From Octopus bimaculoides (taxonomy: Eukaryota): a stretch of 64,000 nucleotides of DNA. Both the position numbers and the translations under genes were made by a program. Below, one piece after another: positions 24,061 through 36,819 of the stretch; position 1 is the stretch's first letter; each line of letters opens with the position of its first letter. The notes beneath the pieces are model-generated. The model did not search any database and was not told the origin of the DNA. It was given only the letters and a program-made list of their open reading frames with translations. The stretch is from positions 41,436,425 through 41,500,424 of the forward strand of contig NC_068986.1 of the NCBI RefSeq assembly GCF_001194135.2. The letters run 5' to 3'.

Positions 24061-24400
24061 TTACAACAATCTGCCTAAATTATTTTCTGGTCACAATATA
24101 ATACAGTCAGCTTGTGTGTCTATAAGTTAGTGATCAGGTGAGTGGCTGGTTTTTTGAACTTTGTGTTGGAAATGACTAGGTCATTCGCATCACAGAATTC
24201 CAGGAGTCATGATTCCACCTCATTCCTTGCACCATGCCTTTTGCCTCTCATTTACACTAGTGATACCAATATGGTGTTGCTCAACATGTCCATTAAAACC
24301 AGTGGCAATGAAAATTGGGTCATTGTCATTTGTTGAAGAGACAGTCAGCAGAGGGCTTCAAAAAAGTGGTCTTCTTGTTTGGCCACCAGCTTAGATTATA

Positions 24401-25292
24401 CAGGGTGTCCACAAAGTCTGGGTACATGCAAATTAACACATACTTTAAGAAATTATTATTTCTTATATTTAATTGTTTAGGATCTTGTTCAAAACGGGGG
24501 CACCAGTTTTCATTTATGTTTTATGTAGTGTTTTTGGTACCGAAAGACTTCCAAACTTCGTATACTTATCCATTTTGTGTTATAGAACAGAAAAAATTTT
24601 TTGTATTCGGATTTATTTCATGTAAAAAATTGTCTTATTTCGATAATTTCAACCAATCACTGACAAATATTCAGCTGTTTACACTTACTCCTTTGGCACT
24701 TTAGGTGGTGTAAAGCGTATTTAATCTCCATTACTTCTGACATTTTGCAGAGGCAACACACGTGTGTTCGTTTTCCCTAACCCTAACCCTAACCCTAACC
24801 CTAATTGACTTGCTCCTTCCCTCAAAAACCATGCCTTGTGCCTATAATAGAAAGGTTTATTNNNNNNNNNNNNNNNNNNNNNNNNNNNNNNNNNNNNNNN
24901 NNTTTTTGACAAGGAAATAAGAATCGTTTGTTTACGTAGTCAGCACCTAATTTTTATGGCTGAATGGACGTCAGTCATTGGTTGAAATTACAGAAATACG
25001 ACAACTTTAACATGAAATAACTTGCGATGTACGTTTTTTTGTTAAGAAGACTAAGAGAAAAAGATGTTTTATATGACACATTCTACCAGTGTCCCAAGTT
25101 TCAAAGTGTTTCGTTAAGAAAATACTGGTGCCCTCGTTTTGAACAAGATCCATTGTTTATGTTATGATCTTATTTACTCCATGTACCTACATGGGGATTA
25201 ACACATACTTTAAGAAATTATTAATTCTTATATTTAATTGTTTATGTTATGATTTTATATACGCCATGTACCCAGACTTTGTGGATACCCTG
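24401..25292. mobile_element. Tc1/mariner-type MITE hosting a nested element
   Basis: TIR CAGGGTGTCCACAAAGTCTGGGTACATG at both ends, with TA at 24399-24400 and 25293-25294. Confidence 0.88.
24480..25151 (-). mobile_element. Second full copy of the TTAGGG-containing TIR element, opposite orientation
   Basis: GGATCTTGTTCAAAACG ends; perfect 8-bp TSD ATTGTTTA at 24472-24479 and 25152-25159; (CCCTAA)5 at 24775-24804. Confidence 0.9.
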
Positions 25293-25429
25293 TAGAACAA
25301 AAATGGAGATAACTGTGCTATGGTACACACATGCACACACACACACACACGTACATACACACATATATGCACACACACACACACATGTACACACTCATAC
25401 ACATTCAAACTCAACTTTGCAAGCAACCC

Positions 25430-26850
25430 CATATAGGGATTAATAATCCCACAAAAGAATTGGGCACAGTAAGCAAAAAATCCTGGCAAACATCAGCTCT
25501 AAAATTTGACAAATAACCAAATTAAAACAATAGAACAATAGTATATCAATTATAGACTGGTTCAATATCATAAAAAATAGAGTCTTATAATTTCCCACTA
25601 TTGTTAATTTTTATCCATCTATCAGAAAATCCTAATTAAAAAAAAAAAAACCCCTACACTTTGCTGAAAAGATCATTGTAATTGGCTATCAAGAAATGGA
25701 CATAATTTTCATGCCAGAAAATCCATTTTATTCCATGAAGTTTCAGCCTGGGTAAAACTAGAAAGTGACAAACTATTTGGTGTCACTATGTGATGCTACG
25801 ATGGAGCAGAAACATGAAATAGTAGGGTTTTGCTCAAAATAGGCTCATACAGGGATGATGGCATAATCTCTTCCAAAATATGGTTGGGTATGAATTTGAC
25901 AAAGTCAGAAAATACCTAATAATGAAATTTAAAGAATTCAACCAAAAAATAACAGTGGAAACCAATCTAAACATAGTACACAACATTGACACATTAAATC
26001 TGAACACTGGAAAACACTGCTCCTATAAAAAAAAACCCTAATGAGGTGCCATTATACATAAACATAAAATTAAATCACCGACCATCAATAAGGAAAAGCC
26101 TAATTAGCAATATAAGCAGGAGAATATTGGCAATTTTGTATAACAAAGAAATACTTGACTAAGAGGCACTCAATAGTGAAGCCCTAAAAACTAGTGGATT
26201 CAAATAGCAATTATAATACTTACTTAAGTCAGACAATAAACAAAAGAAACCCAGAAAAAGAGACATCATCTGTTTGAACCCATATTTTAGCTTAACTATT
26301 GCAACAAATGTAGCATACATCTTCCTAACACTAGTTGCAACAAATGTAGCATACATCTTCCTAACACTATTGCAACAAATGCAGCATACATCTTCTTAAT
26401 ACTAGTTTGCAAGCATTTCCCAACAGAACATAAACACCACAAGAGTAATCAACAGAAACGATACAAAAGTTAGCTTCTGCAGCACAAAACACATTAAACA
26501 CTCCATACAATCACTAAACAACAACATACCAAAGGCTATATAACATACTGCTGCCAATTCATGAAATTACACCAAGCCAAGAACATACGCATTACATAGA
26601 CATTGTTTACAAACAAACTTTGTCTATAAAACAACAATATCACAAGTAGAACAAACTCCAAAACACTACATTGACATCACAAGTAGTACCTTCAAAAACA
26701 GTTATATGCAGCATTCAACCACATTTTCTGGAACCTAACCAAAAGAAACACAACATACTTCTCTAAACATATATGGAAGTTAAAAAACAAACATAACTAC
26801 AAATATAAAATGAGAAATGATATAATGCACAATATCATACATGGTTCTAA
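25430..26850 (+). pseudogene. Decayed Penelope-like element (RT + GIY-YIG)
   Basis: INNPTKELGTVSK, NFYPS, YDGAE, KHFP and SKHIWKL motifs. A triplicated ~36-bp segment lies at 26300-26410. Confidence 0.7.
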
Positions 26851-27297
26851 AATAGCTTCCTTTCACTGAAGTGGTCTAATAAATCTGAAACATGCCCTGA
26901 CTTGTTACTTATACTTGTTAAAATCAAATTCAAATAATGTTAGTAAATTAATATTAATCAGTGCATAAGTCATATCAATTAATTAGATTATTTTTCTTCA
27001 TTACTTTGTAATAATGGCAGTTCTGGGTAATTTTTCAGTTACCTTCATATCATTTAGTTTTTACTGGTGGATTTACATTTTGATTTAATTTGCAAATGAT
27101 AGTGGCTTAAAATAGCCCATTGTGTGCTAAACCCATCTTGACAGGTGGATATTTTATTCAATGTTATATATGTTCAGTCTAACTTGAAGTTACAGTTGTT
27201 AAGTATTTTTTTAAAAAACAATAATTCCAAAAGATGTATTTGTTGTTTAAAATTCCTTTCTTTTTTGTTTACTTATTATAGAAACGTGTCAATATCC

Positions 27298-27795
27298 ATG
27301 ATGTATTTGGCTATTGGATTGTTGATTCTCTTCGTGGCCCAGACACACAGCCAAACTGAACCAATGGGCTTAAAATCATATTTAGGATCTGATGTAGTAA
27401 TGACATGTGTTAATGCAACTATGAATGGAATGCCCAAGTGGATTCTTCCACATGGTAAAATGGTGGATGAAGAAAAATATGAGATATACAATAAGTCATT
27501 AAAAATTAAAAGTGTTACTGAAGAAGACAGAGGAATCTATGCTTGCACTTCTAGAGATGATGCAGTATATAACATATACCTACTAAATATGGCTGGCCCT
27601 CTATTTGACAGCACTTCTGATAAATACCATACCCAGTTTCTTATTGGTGGTATAGCAAGTGTAGTTATGTTAGGTATATGTACTATTGTATTGCTTACTT
27701 ATCATTTTCACTATGAAACCCGGGAGCGTAAACATGGAGAAGCTGAAGGTAACATTAATAATGGCTTTACAGAATTAGACAGCACGCAACTTTGA
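27298..27795 (+). CDS. Single Ig-domain type I transmembrane protein (165 aa)
   Basis: Intact ORF from ATG 27298 after a polypyrimidine-TAG acceptor at 27281. It has a signal peptide, Ig Cys pair with VMTC, W and DRGIYAC, a TM helix FLIGGIASVVMLGICTIVLL, a C-terminal STQL, and AATAAA at 27817. Confidence 0.85.
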   Translation: MMYLAIGLLILFVAQTHSQTEPMGLKSYLGSDVVMTCVNATMNGMPKWILPHGKMVDEEKYEIYNKSLKIKSVTEEDRGIYACTSRDDAVYNIYLLNMAGPLFDSTSDKYHTQFLIGGIASVVMLGICTIVLLTYHFHYETRERKHGEAEGNINNGFTELDSTQL

Positions 27796-28537
27796 TTTCT
27801 TTTCTATAAACTTTTCAATAAAAGTAAACTCAAACAAATTCAAAGCTATGATAAGTGATTGGTTTTATCTAACAGTAATTCACTATTAGGTCTCAAAAGA
27901 CTTTAAATATTTTTAATTGAAAATTGTGTCTGAAAATATCATGAAAACTTTTTTAAGATTTATTAATACTGTAAAAATCTTTCAACAACATCTAAAATGT
28001 TTAAATGAAATGTAATTAATCATAGTTAAAAAGAAAAAAGTTAATGTACAGACTGGAATGAAAAATATAACCTGTATCAATTTTTGTGTACTATGAAAGA
28101 ACTGTAAACATTTTTCAAAATTGTTGATTTGTGATTTTTAAACATTAAATTAATGGATACCTTAAATCATAATCATAACAACCATTAACCAGTATGAAAT
28201 TTGTTCTCCAATGTGAAGGAAATACCAACATAAATGCAATTAAGCATTTTAGTTTTGAATATATTTTAATTTAATATTAGCTACTAACTGAATAAATATC
28301 ATATCTTCAATACTCACAAAATTTGCGCTATATTTTTATATGATGTAACCTGTTTGACATTTTCATATTTCACATTTCATTTTGTTATAATGTATAAGAT
28401 CATAGCTAAATAATAAAACTACCAAGTTTCATTCAGTTATTTCATTTTTTTTATTCTGATGACTTCTCCAGGCTATGGATAGAACATTTTTCGTTGAGAA
28501 TGATACTGGTTTGACAATTTTTAACTTACCTTAATAG

Positions 28538-28665
28538 AATTTCAACAAAATTTTTTTCAATTTCTTCTTTCCCTAATGACAAGAACAGATATTAATTCTC
28601 TACAAATTTTAGGACAGATAACAAATGAAAATTTTTATATCTTGCCCTCTCCAATCTTATATAAT
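28538..28665 (+). CDS. Candidate exon of unrecognised plus-strand gene (FQQNFFQFLL..PILYN)
   Basis: Acceptor TTTTAACTTACCTTAATAG, donor GTAAGT, one open frame of 42 codons. Confidence 0.55.
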
Positions 28666-29474
28666 GTAAGTGATGTCTTGTAACCATCTGATTGTTATGT
28701 TTTGTGATGTAAATCTCATTGGATGTTGCACGTTTCTCATAAATTTCTTTCTTGATAGTTGTACTTTCCTATTTCCAATACTTTCAGTATTGAGGTTACT
28801 AATTAGGATGTCTTTATTTTATTAATTTAATTATTATTATTAATTTAAATTGGAGAGAAGGTTGTGTTCTTAGTCTTTGCATGTCCTTGTGACTGTTGAA
28901 CTCAACATGGTTATTTTACCACCTGAAAAGTTGCAAGTTGGTAACTACAGGGTAAGACCACAAAAGGAATTGCAGAGCACAGTATTCTGAGGAGGAAGAA
29001 GTGGGTAAATTTGTTACTATGGAACCTGGTGGTGGGTAGGGACACAGTGTAGATGGGGATAAAAGAGATGAATGAGTTAAGAATGCATGAGTGTAGTTGG
29101 CATGAGATCAACCAGAAACCACTATAATAGCTGTTGAAAAGGCAGCGTAAGGAGACTGCATGTTTTGGACAGATTTCTAAATGTGTTAGTGGATGGTTCA
29201 TGCCAAGCGTCTGGGTAGCCCTTTTTGTTTGTGGGCAGCCTTGCCCCAGATGTAGGAGCAATATGCCATTGTGGGAATCACTTGAAAGAGTTAGTAGTTG
29301 TTTGATGGTCAAGTATTTACATTGTTTCCTTTTGTTATAAATGTGGCAGAATGAGTTTAGAAAATAATGCATACCTTGTTAAGCCTACTATAGTTTAGAG
29401 AGTAGCAAAGGGAATAGTGGGGGTCAAGATAAAAAGTGTGGTGACTAATTACTTATAGTTAGAAGACTTCATGT

Positions 29475-31563
29475 CAGGGGTTCCCAACCTGGTCCATATA
29501 GACCACAGGAAAATGTAGGTCCACAGGAAAATCCAGGTAGTCCACAGGAAAATTCAGATGGTCCATGGAAAATTTTCTGTGGTTCACCTGAAGAATTAAA
29601 ATTTTTCCCTACATGCACAAGTCATGCAAACAAAATATGCCTCATCACATATGCGTGAGCATATACGAGTGCACTCCTTGCTTATTGGATGATTAGCTAT
29701 CCAATCATACATGGACATGTACCAGACAGGTACAGATGTGTACAACCGAATACAGGTTTGTGCGCATTAAAAACACACAAAAACTTGTGTGTTCTCAGCC
29801 GGTCAACGCAATCGTGTTTTCTACCTGACTTTTGAATTGAGGATTATTAATGAAACCGCAGTCCTTACAGCTTATCCAACATATCATATTATCTCTCCAG
29901 GTACATACATTTTTACACAAGTGTTAGTCTAATTGTAATCTGTAGAAATTTTGCTGTCAATGATATGGAAAAATGTTCCCTTAATTCTCTGTCCACAAAC
30001 TCAGAAAAAAGATTCTGATCACAAAGATTATGTCAAATATGGTTTTGTATCCAGTGCAGAAGATCTTTTTTTACCACAGTGTATTATCTGCTCAAAAGTA
30101 TTAACTTACAACTCAATGAAACCCTCGCAATTGTTGTATCATCTACAAAAAAATCCATCTTGGTTTATTTGGCAAGCCAAAGGAGTACTTCGAAGAATAC
30201 TATTGCAAAAGAAATGTCTCATCTTCATCGCTCAAAAATTTCCTCATCCATACTAACAACCATTCTGGTCTGCAGGCATCCTATAACATTTTGCTGATGA
30301 TAGCAAAACAGGGTTGCCCACATATCATTGGCGAAGGTCTGATTAGGCCCTTCATACTTGAAGCATATAAAGTTGCTAATGTGCCAAATGCTGCCTCAGT
30401 TTTAGCAAGTATTCCACTTTCAAACAACACTGTATCTGCCCGCATTTGTGAAATGACTGAAGATGTTGAGTCCATAGTTGTAGAAGACTTGTGACACTGC
30501 AGATTCTCGTTCTGATGGTGGATGACAGCACTTTTGACAACAAATGTGTTGTACTTGCCTTTGCTCACTATATGAAAGGTGCCACAGTTTGTGAAAGCCT
30601 ACTCTTTATGAAGACTATACTGAAAAACATAGGAGAGACGATCTACAATGCTGTCATGGATTATCTTGCTAAAAATGGCATTGATCCCCTCGACCTCATA
30701 TCAATATGCACTGACGGAGCACCGTCTATGGTAAATCCCAGGGTTTTGTTGCCGGTTGGATTGAATTTAATCCTGTCATTCATTGCATTCTCCATCGAGA
30801 AAACCTGATAGCAAAAAGAATCAGAAATAATATATTTTCTGAAACCCTAGACTTAATTGCTTCTGCAGTAAAAAAAAAATCAAAGATCTGCTCATCAAGA
30901 CAAGCATTTTCAAGAAGCTTGTAAAAGACGACATGCTCGACTGTCTGTTGTATTCCACAGATATACACTAGCTATCAATGGAAAGTTGTCTCGGACGTTT
31001 TGTGGCCCTTTTTGATAAAGTCATAGAGTTTCTTCAACAGACTGATCCAGCTATGATAGCATCACTTTCTCAGAAAAACCTGTAATTTTTTATTTACATG
31101 AAACCTTTCAAAAACTTAATGATCTCAATATTTCTTTACAAAAGCAAAACATCAACATTGTACAAGCCAGACACTTGATAAGGGCGTTTGTGAATAAACT
31201 TGTTCTTTGGAAACTTCAAATTAAAGTTCATAACTTTCTGCAGTTCATGAACTTAAAAACTGTTGTGGTAGATAACAACTTGTACAAATATATAATCGGG
31301 TATCTATCTTTCCTTCACGAAAACTTCAATATTCGTTTTGAAGATCTTTTGGCTTTAAATATCTCAATTTTTATGGACTCTCTTTACACAATGTCTATGA
31401 ACGATATACTTGTTCAACCAGAATGCGTTCAGATGGAGCTATGTGAGGCAACGGTAGATGATAATCTGCGCAAATCATCTGAAAACAACTGGGTCAAGGC
31501 TTGGTTGAATCATTCTTACAAATATCCAAAGCTGTTTGAACAAGTTGAGCCTTTTATTATAAA
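29475..31563 (+). mobile_element. hAT (Buster/Charlie-type) transposon, decayed and right-truncated
   Basis: Left TIR CAGGGGTTCCCAACC. Frameshifted transposase at 29951-31567 with KYGF..PQCIIC, IAKQGCPHIIGE and IPLSNNTVSARI motifs. It is cut at the Helitron CTAG and no right TIR was found. Confidence 0.85.
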
Positions 31564-34500
31564 CTAGCAGTATAGCAAGGCGTTGCCCGGGATTAAGCTA
31601 GGATTATGAAGTGATCAAGTGCTTTATTTCAAACCAAAATAAGTAACATTGACATCAGATTTNNNNNNNNNNTGCTTTATTTCAAACCAAAATAAGTAAC
31701 ATTGACATCAGATTTGCGCTGAATCCGTTGAAATTGGTTGGCTGAAAATGGTTTGCTGGCAATTTGATTGTGCGTATGTGCATCCGTAGATCTCTAATGA
31801 AGTAATACGCAGAAAAGAGAAGCCGTCATAAGAAAACCTTACGTTAAAAATAATATGCACACGATTTTTTTTCTCAATAGAAGTAAATTCCAAAGTAAAC
31901 GTTTCTAGTAGACAAGTAGAAGAGAACAGAAGCAGCGTATTACTTCATTAAAAATCTACGGATGCACATACGCACATAATAGAGAAAAATGAAACAATTA
32001 TGGACGACTTGCTCCGAAACACCACCGAGTGGGGAACACTTCTCAAAAATAACCTGCATTTGTTTCCTTCAAAATTCCTACATGCTCGAAATGTACATAC
32101 ATCAAGGTATATTTGTAGAAAATTTCACGAAAAAATATTCATTTTCCTGGAAGTTAAGAAGANNNNNNNNNNTTCCTACATGCTCGAAATGTACATACAT
32201 CAAGGTATATTTGTAGAAAATTTCACGAAAAAATATTCATTTTCCTGGAAGTTAAGAAGAATTTAAGTGGACTCTGTTGGAATTTCCGAAAATTGTCCCC
32301 CACCCCCATTCCAAAACACTTTCACCGGAAATTTTTGTATATTCGGAATCTACATAATAAATACTATATGCATAGAAAATTTAATTAACAAATATTCATT
32401 TTTCTGAAAGTTATGACCTTCCAAAATCTGGGGGGTACAACTCTGTAGTTATGCCGTCCTTATTTTCCATCTCTGTATGTTGGTTCATTCAATTAGAAAA
32501 TAAAACCCAATGACGATGTAATTAGCAACTAGCACATTTGGTTTCTTAGTTTTTGTTTGCTTTTTTGTTTAAATTCTTTACTTGACTGTTATATTTCTTA
32601 CGAAGAGTGAAATAATGTTTTCCATATTCTTAATCTCCGTATTTTCCCCGTACAGTGAAAAATAGATGGTGAAAAGATCAATGTGTGTGTGGGGAGTGGA
32701 TTTCCGAGGCTGAAAATGTAAAATGCTTTTTTTTCTTCTTAAACATTAGATATAATTTCAAAAACGGGGTTTTGTAGCATATTTCTTACGTAGAGAATCT
32801 GCATTCTTAATTTTTAAATTTTATTATATTATTTTATTCATTTTTTCTCTCTCCCAATTTACAAAATGCCACCTAAGAAAAGAATCTGTCTCGGGCGTCG
32901 AACGGCTGCTGCATTGGCACAGAGGGCTAGAAGGGTCAATGAGACTTCTCAAGAAAGTAATTTGCGATTGGCTCAAACCTCTTTGCATGCTTTGAGCAGG
33001 AGAGTCACTGAAAGTGACGACGAAAGAGCCATGCAATTACAAAGGAGGAAGTCGTACGACTGTTCGGTGCGTTTTCAAGAAATGAGCTCAGCTCGATCTG
33101 CTCGCAATTCAAAAAACGCTGCTGCCACTGCCAATGCAAAGAGCAACTGAAACAGCTGAACAACGAGCAATACACAATTCAAAGAATGCTGCTGCCACTG
33201 CCAAAGCAAGAGCCTCCGAGACTGTCGAACAACGGGCAGCACGCAATTCTAAGAATGCTGCTGCCACTGCCAATTCAAGAGCCTCCAAGACTGCAAAACC
33301 ACGAGCAGTCCGAAATTCGCAAAACACTGCTGCCATTACTACTACGCTATCTGCTGAAACTCCTCCACAGAAATATGGTAGGCTACAGAGGAACTTGCTA
33401 AGATTCGTCGTGAGAAACAAATTGTGCTAGCTGTTGCATCCTCGGGAATCGCTGCTACGTTATTGCCAGGAGGTAGGACGGCGCACTCGGCATTCAAGCT
33501 GTCTTTGGATTTGGTGAGGGCCGAGGTTCCTACTTGCAATATTAGCAAAAATTCAGAGGAAGCTGAAGTTCTTAGACAGTGCCGTCTCATTGTATGGGAC
33601 GAATGCACAATGGCCAATAAGGGTGCCCTTGAGGCACTGGACCGGTCACTGAAAGATATCAGGGATTCTACAGCTTCTATGGGTGGTGTAACTCTATTGC
33701 TTTCAGGAGATTTCCGACAAACCCTTCCTGTCATCCCTAAAGGAACCAGGGCTGATGAAGTGCGTGCATGCCTTAAGTCATTCACGTTGTGGCCCCAGGT
33801 TAAGATGTTAAGCCTAAGCACAAACATGCGTGTGCACTTGCTTGGTGATAGCACGTCTGCAGCATTTACTGAAGACATTTTAGCGCTTGGAGAAGGCAAG
33901 GTCCCTAGGAATGATAAGGGCGACATATCCATCTCTGAACTGTGCAACACAGTGGACAACCCTTCTGATCTTTTGGAAACAGTGTTCCCCAATCTGGAAA
34001 GTAACTATGCAGACATCAATTGGCTCAGTGAAAGAACTATCCTGGCCCCCAAAAATGTAGCTGTCAGTGCTATCAATGACCAGCTCATAAGCCGAATTCC
34101 GGGTGAGGAGTGCATCTACAAATCGATTGACCGGACCTGTGACCCCCAAGACATTGTCAATCACCCTATCGAGTTTCTCAACTCATAAGAGCCAGCAGGG
34201 CTTCCACCTCACATNNNNNNNNNNNNNNNNNNNNNNNNNNNNNNNNNNNNNNNNNNNNNNNNNNNNNNNNNNNNNNNNNNNNNNNNNNNNNNNNNNNNNN
34301 NNNNNNNNNNNNNNNNNNNNNNNNNNNNNNNNNNNNNNNNNNNNNNNNNNNNNNNNNNNNNNNNNNNNNNNNNNNNNNNNNNNNNNNNNNNNNNNNNNNN
34401 NNNNNNNNNNNNNNNNNNNNNNNNNNNNNNNNNNNNNNNNNNNNNNNNNNNNNNNNNNNNNNNNNNNNNNNNNNNNNNNNNNNNNNNNNNNNNNNNNNNN

Positions 34501-35120
34501 NNNNNNNNNNNNNNNNNNNNNNNNNNNNNNNNNNNNNNNNNNNNNNNNNNNNNNNNNNNNNNNNNNNNNNNNNNNNNNNNNNNNNNNNNNNNNNNNNNNN
34601 NNNNNNNNNNNNNNNNNNNNNNNNNNNNNNNNNNNNNNNNNNNNNNNNNNNNNNNNNNNNNNNNNNNNNNNNNNNNNNNNNNNNNNNNNNNNNNNNNNNN
34701 NNNNNNNNNNNNNNNNNNNNNNNNNNNNNNNNNNNNNNNNNNNNNNNNNNNNNNNNNNNNNNNNNNNNNNNNNNNNNNNNNNNNNNNNNNNNNNNNNNNN
34801 NNNNNNNNNNNNNNNNNNNNNNNNNNNNNNNNNNNNNNNNNNNNNNNNNNAGATCCCCAATGCAAACATTCAGATCAACATTCTCTTATGCAGATCTCTA
34901 ATGCAACTTTAAAAAAGCAGTCAATGAGTGGAAATAACCAATAAACTGATTCCTTATGGGATTTCACAATCAAATTGCCAGCAAACCATTTTCAGCCAAC
35001 CAATTTCAACGGATTCAGCGCAAATCTGATGTCAATGTTACTTATTTTGATTTGAAATAAAGCACTTGATCACTTCATAATCCTAGCTTAATCCCGGGCA
35101 ACGCCTTGCTATACTGCTAG
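31564..35120 (+). mobile_element. Helitron derivative with a 3'-type CTAG terminus at both ends (156-bp inverted arms)
   Basis: 31564-31772 is the reverse complement of 34965-35120 apart from one mismatch and an N-join overlap. Flanks are A|CTAG and CTAG|T. Confidence 0.8.
32866..34214 (+). pseudogene. Helitron RepHel: N-terminus fused to Pif1-like helicase, Rep domain deleted
   Basis: MPPKKR start and 23-aa repeats, then LAVASSGIAATLLPGGRTAHSAF, IVWDE, LLSGDFRQ and ILAPKN. Confidence 0.92.
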
Positions 35121-35789
35121 TATATATATATATTATTTAAAAGAGTTCCAACTCTGTCTGTTTTTTATGTTTTATTTATATTCTTATAAAATTAATGTGG
35201 GATATAGAATATGGAATATATAATATAAATAGTAAAATGAAATGATGTATTGAATGTCTTATTGAATAAATGAAATATGGAGTATTAAATATATAAGGAC
35301 TAATATACTTTCCTGCTTTATAGCAGATAATTGGCAGTTAGTGACACTACTTGTATTTTCCATTCATGTTTACCACATTAATCACAGTTATGGGAGTGTG
35401 GTTAAGCAGCATGGTTCCCAATCAAAAGTTCTTAGGTTCTAGTCTACTGGCTGGTACTTTGGGAGTGGTCATTAAATAATGAGACAATGCTGATAACTGT
35501 TTGACCAATTCTACCTACTACAGGACAAAGGGAGCCTTTACATGAGTGCTTGAATTGCTAGAAAATGCAGCCAAATTTCTCTTAAGTGCCCTCACCTGTC
35601 TTAATTCTCTCCTAAAGATGACAAAAGAAATTCTACACTTAGTTCTAAAAAGAAGGGTCACAGCTGAGCTGGAATCCATTTGGATTCTGGAATTAAGCAA
35701 CAACACAACATTTTGTTTATTGCATTGATTAAACTACTATATTGTTCCCACACAACAAGATTTCAATATTGATATTTGCGACTTTGCAG

Positions 35790-35836
35790 TATGTTATTGG
35801 ATGTTGATAAAAAGAACTTGATTAAACCATGGGAAA
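35790..35836 (+). CDS. Candidate exon (MLLDVDKKNLIKPWE)
   Basis: TTTGCAG acceptor, GTATGA donor, single open frame. Phase does not directly match the next candidate exon. Confidence 0.4.
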
Positions 35837-35974
35837 GTATGAATATTCATAAATTTACTAGTTATACAACATACACATAACAAGGCTGCGAGGTTACAGA
35901 ACTGAAATTCATATAACCCACTGACCTGATTGTCAAATGTTCTTTGTATAGTGCTTTATCATAAGAATTTTATT

Positions 35975-36480
35975 GCAAGCCGCTGCAGTAAGAAAAAGAA
36001 CTCTGGAAGAAGTTCAGGGAATTATTATCTCAAATGTATACAAAGGGCATTTCTCATTGAAGAAAAGGGCAGGCTGTATGACAACTGAGTGCAAAGTGTG
36101 AAATTGCTAGTTAGCACATGAGCACCCAATGTAGGGAAAGAGTAAGATTGGAAAATGAGATAACCATTCTCTGCAAAATGTTTAATGTCAACATTATTGA
36201 ACAATGAAGAACAGAGAAACCAAGAGAAAACGTAAGAATTTGGGCTATCAATTATAGTGACTATGGAAAGAAAACTGGGCTTGTATAGAAATGTGACGCA
36301 TACAAAGAATGGTAGTTGAGTAAAAAGTGTCAAATGATGCAAAATAAAGGAGCCTGCAGAAGAGGAAGCTCAAAGACATAGGAAGAAGTGAAATCTGATC
36401 TCAGAAATCTGATCACAAAAATGATGATAAAAGAATCTAAATGGTGAAGCATTTCTGCCCAATCCATATCAGAATGGAAA
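35975..36480 (+). pseudogene. RTE-like LINE 3' fragment
   Basis: Decayed KFRELL, KGRLYD and RG..KT.EEV..DLR segments. Confidence 0.55.
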
Positions 36481-36687
36481 AGTGGATACAAAAATTACTG
36501 GTGTAAGTTCACATGGTAACCATGTGGTTCTTGGTCTGATTCCACTAAATGGCTCATAGGACATGTGTTTTCTACCACAGCCCTGCTTTGATCAATACTT
36601 TGTAACTGAAATTTGGTAGATGAAAGCTGTGAGGAGGCCCATTGAGGTGCCCTAGAGTAGAACTAGCAAAGACGAAAATTTGAACAG

Positions 36688-36740
36688 GATCTTGCTGCCA
36701 TCTGGAAAGTGGACATGCATCATTTACTGGGAAGTAGTTG
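36688..36740 (+). CDS. Candidate exon (DLAAIWKVDMHHLLGSS)
   Basis: Donor TG|GTAAGA. It joins in phase to 41088 to give GSS-W-ELC. Confidence 0.55.
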
Positions 36741-36819
36741 GTAAGAATTCCTAATAGTATATCTAGTGTAAAATATGGGTATACAAGAGGTGTTGTAGCA
36801 TCAGAGAAACACTCTCAGC

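Noticed and set aside
26300-26410. Three ~36-bp direct repeats resembling a CRISPR array
   Set aside because: There are no unique spacers, and the repeat is a tandem duplication inside a Penelope remnant in eukaryotic DNA.
27145-27297. N-terminal 51 aa of the listed 216-aa ORF
   Set aside because: They lie upstream of a strong splice acceptor at 27281, and the signal peptide begins at Met52.
28911-29372. 153-aa minus-strand ORF and overlapping plus ORF
   Set aside because: No recognisable motif or convincing splice context; likely decayed repeat sequence.
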